A stretch of 64,000 nt of DNA from the NCBI GenBank assembly GCA_965242865.1, contig CBDETK010000013.1:864001-928000 (forward strand), written 5' to 3'. The position numbers were made by a program, and so were the translations under genes. Numbering within the stretch: the stretch's first letter is position 1; every line of letters begins with the position of its first letter. The stretch comes from Candidatus Latescibacterota bacterium. Its GTDB lineage: Bacteria > Latescibacterota > UBA2968 > UBA8231. The notes below the pieces were generated by a model, which saw only the letters and a list, made by a program, of their open reading frames with translations, was not told where the DNA came from and searched no databases. Positions 63,487-64,000 of the stretch are shown in pieces.

Positions 63487-64000
63487 ATGAGTGAGACGAT
63501 CAAACCAATCGTCCGCCGACTGACGCCAACGCCCGCGTTGGTTGCGGACGACCCCCTCGAACAATTTCTCAGCGGCCAGCTCAGCGAGCGCACTCGGCGT
63601 GCGTACTACGCCGACCTCCAGCACTTTTTTGCATCCATCGGCATGGAACTCGCAGACGTCTCCCTCGCCATCTTACGCACGATCACCTTTGAACACGTAG
63701 TCGCCTTTAGAAACCAACTCGCCAGCGAAGGCTACAAGCGCAGCAGCATCAATAGAAAATTGTCCAGCCTGAAGTCGTTGTTCAAGATGTTGGTCGCCTT
63801 GGGCCACATTGGGAAAAATCCGGCCGACTCCGCCTTGGTGCGCGGCTACAGATTGGACGAAACGCTGGTTGGCAAAGCACTTTCCAATGAGGTGTTGAAC
63901 AGACTACAGCAAGCCATTGCCGAGGAAGAAAACGACTTAGTCCGTACGCGCGATGCGGCCATGTTCCATTTGCTCATGTTCGGCGGGCTGCGCCGATCCG
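63487..64000 (+). CDS. Tyrosine recombinase (XerC/D-like), 3'-truncated by window edge; absent from the ORF track
   Basis: SERTRRAYYADL, SSINRKLSSLKSLF, NPA, RDAAMFHLLMFGGLRRS (first catalytic Arg). Confidence 0.92.
   Translation, partial: MSETIKPIVRRLTPTPALVADDPLEQFLSGQLSERTRRAYYADLQHFFASIGMELADVSLAILRTITFEHVVAFRNQLASEGYKRSSINRKLSSLKSLFKMLVALGHIGKNPADSALVRGYRLDETLVGKALSNEVLNRLQQAIAEEENDLVRTRDAAMFHLLMFGGLRRS

Overview
GC-rich bacterial chromosomal window. The gene repertoire (PorV-like barrels, a FlgD/T9SS-type secreted protein, bS22, internalin-like LRR lipoproteins) suggests an FCB-group, Latescibacterota-like organism, possibly host-associated; this is inference. Most of the window is housekeeping or metabolic: gdhA, cysC, pyrH, purB, a TRAP/TPAT transporter, mreBC, HU, bS22, 3 tRNAs, ychF, thrC, metB, two prs, apt, rsgA, hprK and mutL. 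It also holds a three-gene giant membrane-protein cluster, a PspA-polyamine operon, McrBC and a VapBC pair. The most striking structure is at the right end. mutL lies between two homologous LRR-lipoprotein cassettes, and the left cassette is bounded by an exact 21-bp duplication of the mutL RBS/start. A tyrosine recombinase (truncated by the window edge) is preceded by a perfect 14-6-14 palindrome overlapping divergent sigma70-like promoters. Inverted partial copies of that site lie just upstream of both LRR genes, suggesting a recombinase-driven promoter inversion or excision switch that could also affect mutL. A third LRR paralog (LRR+YWTD) sits in a transposase-less 2.7-kb segment with 32-bp terminal inverted repeats and TAA flanks. 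All calls come from reading the sequence and translations; no database searches were run.
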